Both the position numbers and the translations under genes were made by a program. From a virus: a stretch of DNA of 64,000 bases. Below the pieces are notes generated by a model, which was not told where the DNA came from, did not search any database, and saw only the letters and a program-made list of their open reading frames with translations. Positions 62,295 through 64,000 of this stretch are shown one piece after another. The stretch is taken from IMG/VR virus record IMGVR_UViG_3300045988_119557, positions 13,946 through 77,945 of that record. One strand, written 5' to 3'. Each line of letters begins with the position of its first letter. Within the stretch, counting starts at the first letter, position 1.

Positions 62295-62687
62295 ATGAAA
62301 ACAATTGATTTGATTAAAAACATTGAGGAAAAAGGAATTATCACAGAAAAAGAAATTCTTCTTTTAAAGAGACGCGCCAACAACGGTGACAGCGACGCTG
62401 CTAACTTCTATCCTGGTTGTGATAGAATTATAGAGGTTACAGATGAACAAAGTGAAAAAGGATTTAAATGGCTGTATAACCTTTATAAAAATCCAATGGG
62501 AAAAGAAAGAAAAAACAATCCTTTCGGATATAGAGAAATGGACATTTTGGATAATTACAACGGTGAAAGATTTACATTTGTAGGTTTTTACGACGCAGGA
62601 AACCGATTTAATTCATACTATATTCCTATTTACGAATTAAACGGAATGGAGTATTATTATAACGGAGAAATTCACATAGTAGGATAA
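62295..62687 (+). CDS. hypothetical protein
   Basis: 130-aa ORF. No motif recognised. Confidence 0.5.
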   Translation: MKTIDLIKNIEEKGIITEKEILLLKRRANNGDSDAANFYPGCDRIIEVTDEQSEKGFKWLYNLYKNPMGKERKNNPFGYREMDILDNYNGERFTFVGFYDAGNRFNSYYIPIYELNGMEYYYNGEIHIVG

Positions 62688-62834
62688 CTTTAAATATCAC
62701 AATCATGGAGGATAAAGATTTTTTTGGTAGTGCTATAATAACGGTTTGTATTATAGCTGTTATTTTTACACTTTATTATATATTTCACTAATTGATAAAC
62801 GATTTGCAAACTTTTAAGAATAGGAGATTAAATT

Positions 62835-63098
62835 ATGAAAATGACTGATATAGAATTGTATTCTGCAAAATGTGATATTTACGGAAACCCTCGCGTAATA
62901 GTGCATTTTCTCACATTTGTTAAACCTGATGAATTTAATTTGTCTATTGAGGAACAATATAGAATCGCACACAAAAGAGCAAAATATTTAGGATTTAGGA
63001 AATACAAAGGGAGGGATTTTGGCGGCGGTTTTGTGTGCCAATGTTGGAGCGGACCGCACCTTAAAAATAGTATTATAAAACTAATGAATAAAGCGTAA
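62835..63098 (+). CDS. hypothetical protein
   Basis: 87-aa ORF with an AGGAG-like sequence 8 nt upstream. Confidence 0.5.
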   Translation: MKMTDIELYSAKCDIYGNPRVIVHFLTFVKPDEFNLSIEEQYRIAHKRAKYLGFRKYKGRDFGGGFVCQCWSGPHLKNSIIKLMNKA

Positions 63099-63115
63099 TA
63101 ATAGGAGGATATAAT

Positions 63116-63292
63116 ATGGCAACTTACATTTATAAAGGAGAAAAGATCAGTCATTCAAAGTTATTAATGCTTTTGCGTTCTGCACACGTTTTTGGTGGAA
63201 GCAAGCTATCACATTACGAGGCTTTAGTGCAAGCGGCTGAGAACGGGAACGAACGTGCGACAAACATTCTTAGGGACTTAGAAGTAAAGTAA
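63116..63292 (+). CDS. hypothetical small protein (58 aa)
   Basis: Hand translation: MATYIYKGEKISHSKLLMLLRSAHVFGGSKLSHYEALVQAAENGNERATNILRDLEVK. AGGAGG lies 7 nt upstream. Confidence 0.4.
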   Translation: MATYIYKGEKISHSKLLMLLRSAHVFGGSKLSHYEALVQAAENGNERATNILRDLEVK

Positions 63293-63441
63293 TAAACTAA
63301 TAAAACCATTTTTTTAATAACATGAAACGTAGAAGAATAAATACTAAAACTTTTGTTTGTAGATGTGAAGATCTAAATTTACATATACTTTCATTCAATT
63401 TTAAGAAATAATAATTCAATAAACATTTAAATAAAAATATC

Positions 63442-63723
63442 ATGGAAGGGAATTTAAAATATAATAAAGAGGAAAAAACATTAGTTGTATTAGGTAATAT
63501 TTTACTTATAGTTGGTTTTATCGCGTCTGTTTTTATAATTGCCGCGGCTTTTCAAAAAGAAGAATTTAGGTACGGAGGCTTTTATGACTCAAGAATGATT
63601 TTTAAATTTGAATTTATAGCTTATGCTATTTGTGATATGTTATTGAGTTTAACTCTTTGGGCTGCAATGACATGTCTCGCTAAAACGTCAAGAAATATTA
63701 GAGAAATGAAAAACAATAAATAA
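63442..63723 (+). CDS. membrane protein
   Basis: 93 aa with two hydrophobic helices (LVVLGNILLIVGFIASVFIIAAAF; IAYAICDMLLSLTLWAAMTCL). Confidence 0.5.
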   Translation: MEGNLKYNKEEKTLVVLGNILLIVGFIASVFIIAAAFQKEEFRYGGFYDSRMIFKFEFIAYAICDMLLSLTLWAAMTCLAKTSRNIREMKNNK

Positions 63724-63730
63724 CAAAATT

Positions 63731-64000
63731 ATGGAAAAGAAATTTGAACTAACAGAAAAGTATGTAGTAAATGAGTTTGGAACAAAGTTGTACCAAATCA
63801 AATGTACGAAGACGTTCGAGTATGCAAAAGAAGGAGAACTTGGAGGATATATCGAAAAAGAAGAAAACTTAAGTCAAGAAGGTAATGCGTGGGTGTCCGA
63901 CACTGCGCGGGTATCCGACGATGCGCGGGTGTTCGGCAATGCGCAGGTATTCGGCGATGCGAATGTATCCGGCAATGCGCGGGTATTCGGCAATGCGTGG
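63731..64000 (+). CDS. beta-helix (hexapeptide-repeat) protein, 3' end outside window
   Basis: GELGGYIEKEENLSQEGNAWVSDTARVSDDARVFGNAQVFGDANVSGNARVFGNAW. The ORF is open to the window edge. Confidence 0.6.
   Translation, partial: MEKKFELTEKYVVNEFGTKLYQIKCTKTFEYAKEGELGGYIEKEENLSQEGNAWVSDTARVSDDARVFGNAQVFGDANVSGNARVFGNAW
63881..64000 (+). repeat. tandem 18-bp coding repeats (6.7 units, continuing past the window edge)
   Basis: Units such as GGCAATGCGCGGGTATTC encode [GD][ND]A.V[SF]. The tract is visibly GC-richer than its surroundings. Confidence 0.85.

Noticed and set aside
63881-64000. Regular 18-bp repeats could suggest a CRISPR-like or iteron array.
   Set aside because: The units are contiguous with no spacers and in frame within an open ORF, and they encode a coherent hexapeptide repeat. 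This is a coding tandem repeat.

Overview
The window looks like most of a tailed dsDNA phage, or the interior of a prophage, from a low-GC Bacteroidales-type host. It is AT-rich, has very few Shine-Dalgarno sequences, and carries the Bacteroides -7 promoter box TAnnTTTG in front of at least 16 transcription units. I saw no rRNA, tRNA, CRISPR array, integrase or reverse transcriptase. Layout: (1-5177,+) DNA-modification, nucleotide-metabolism and selfish-nuclease genes: a frame-broken C5 methyltransferase, a DUF2400-like fusion, an HNH endonuclease and MazG. (5398-11613) antirepressor-type genes flanking an 8-gene minus-strand cassette of unrecognisable proteins. (11756-22953,-) a classical late operon: scaffold, decoration-like protein, major capsid, connectors, tail tube, a chaperone pair joined by a -1 frameshift, and an 1871-aa tape measure. 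(23094-42675,+) an intein-containing large terminase, portal, a LamG protein, a 2708-aa tail fibre with a self-cleaving chaperone domain, and two duplicated putative receptor-binding cassettes. (42753-60598,-) the early/replication region: primase-helicase, replication organiser, sliding clamp, a second intact C5 methyltransferase, seven Bro/Rha/KilAC antirepressor-type loci and a solo tnpB. (60674-62294) a 1.6 kb non-coding control region. (62295-64000,+) small unknown genes ending in a beta-helix repeat protein cut by the window edge. The items most worth follow-up are: the catalytically intact solo TnpB, which has no room for a canonical right end; an (AG)14 microsatellite inside a tail-fibre-module gene; three promoter/hairpin/terminator units in front of early genes; the unrecognisable Cys/Gln-rich membrane-protein cassette; the P-loop intein in TerL; and three frame breaks at short homopolymers. 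All family names come from recognising motifs by eye in the translations, not from database searches.
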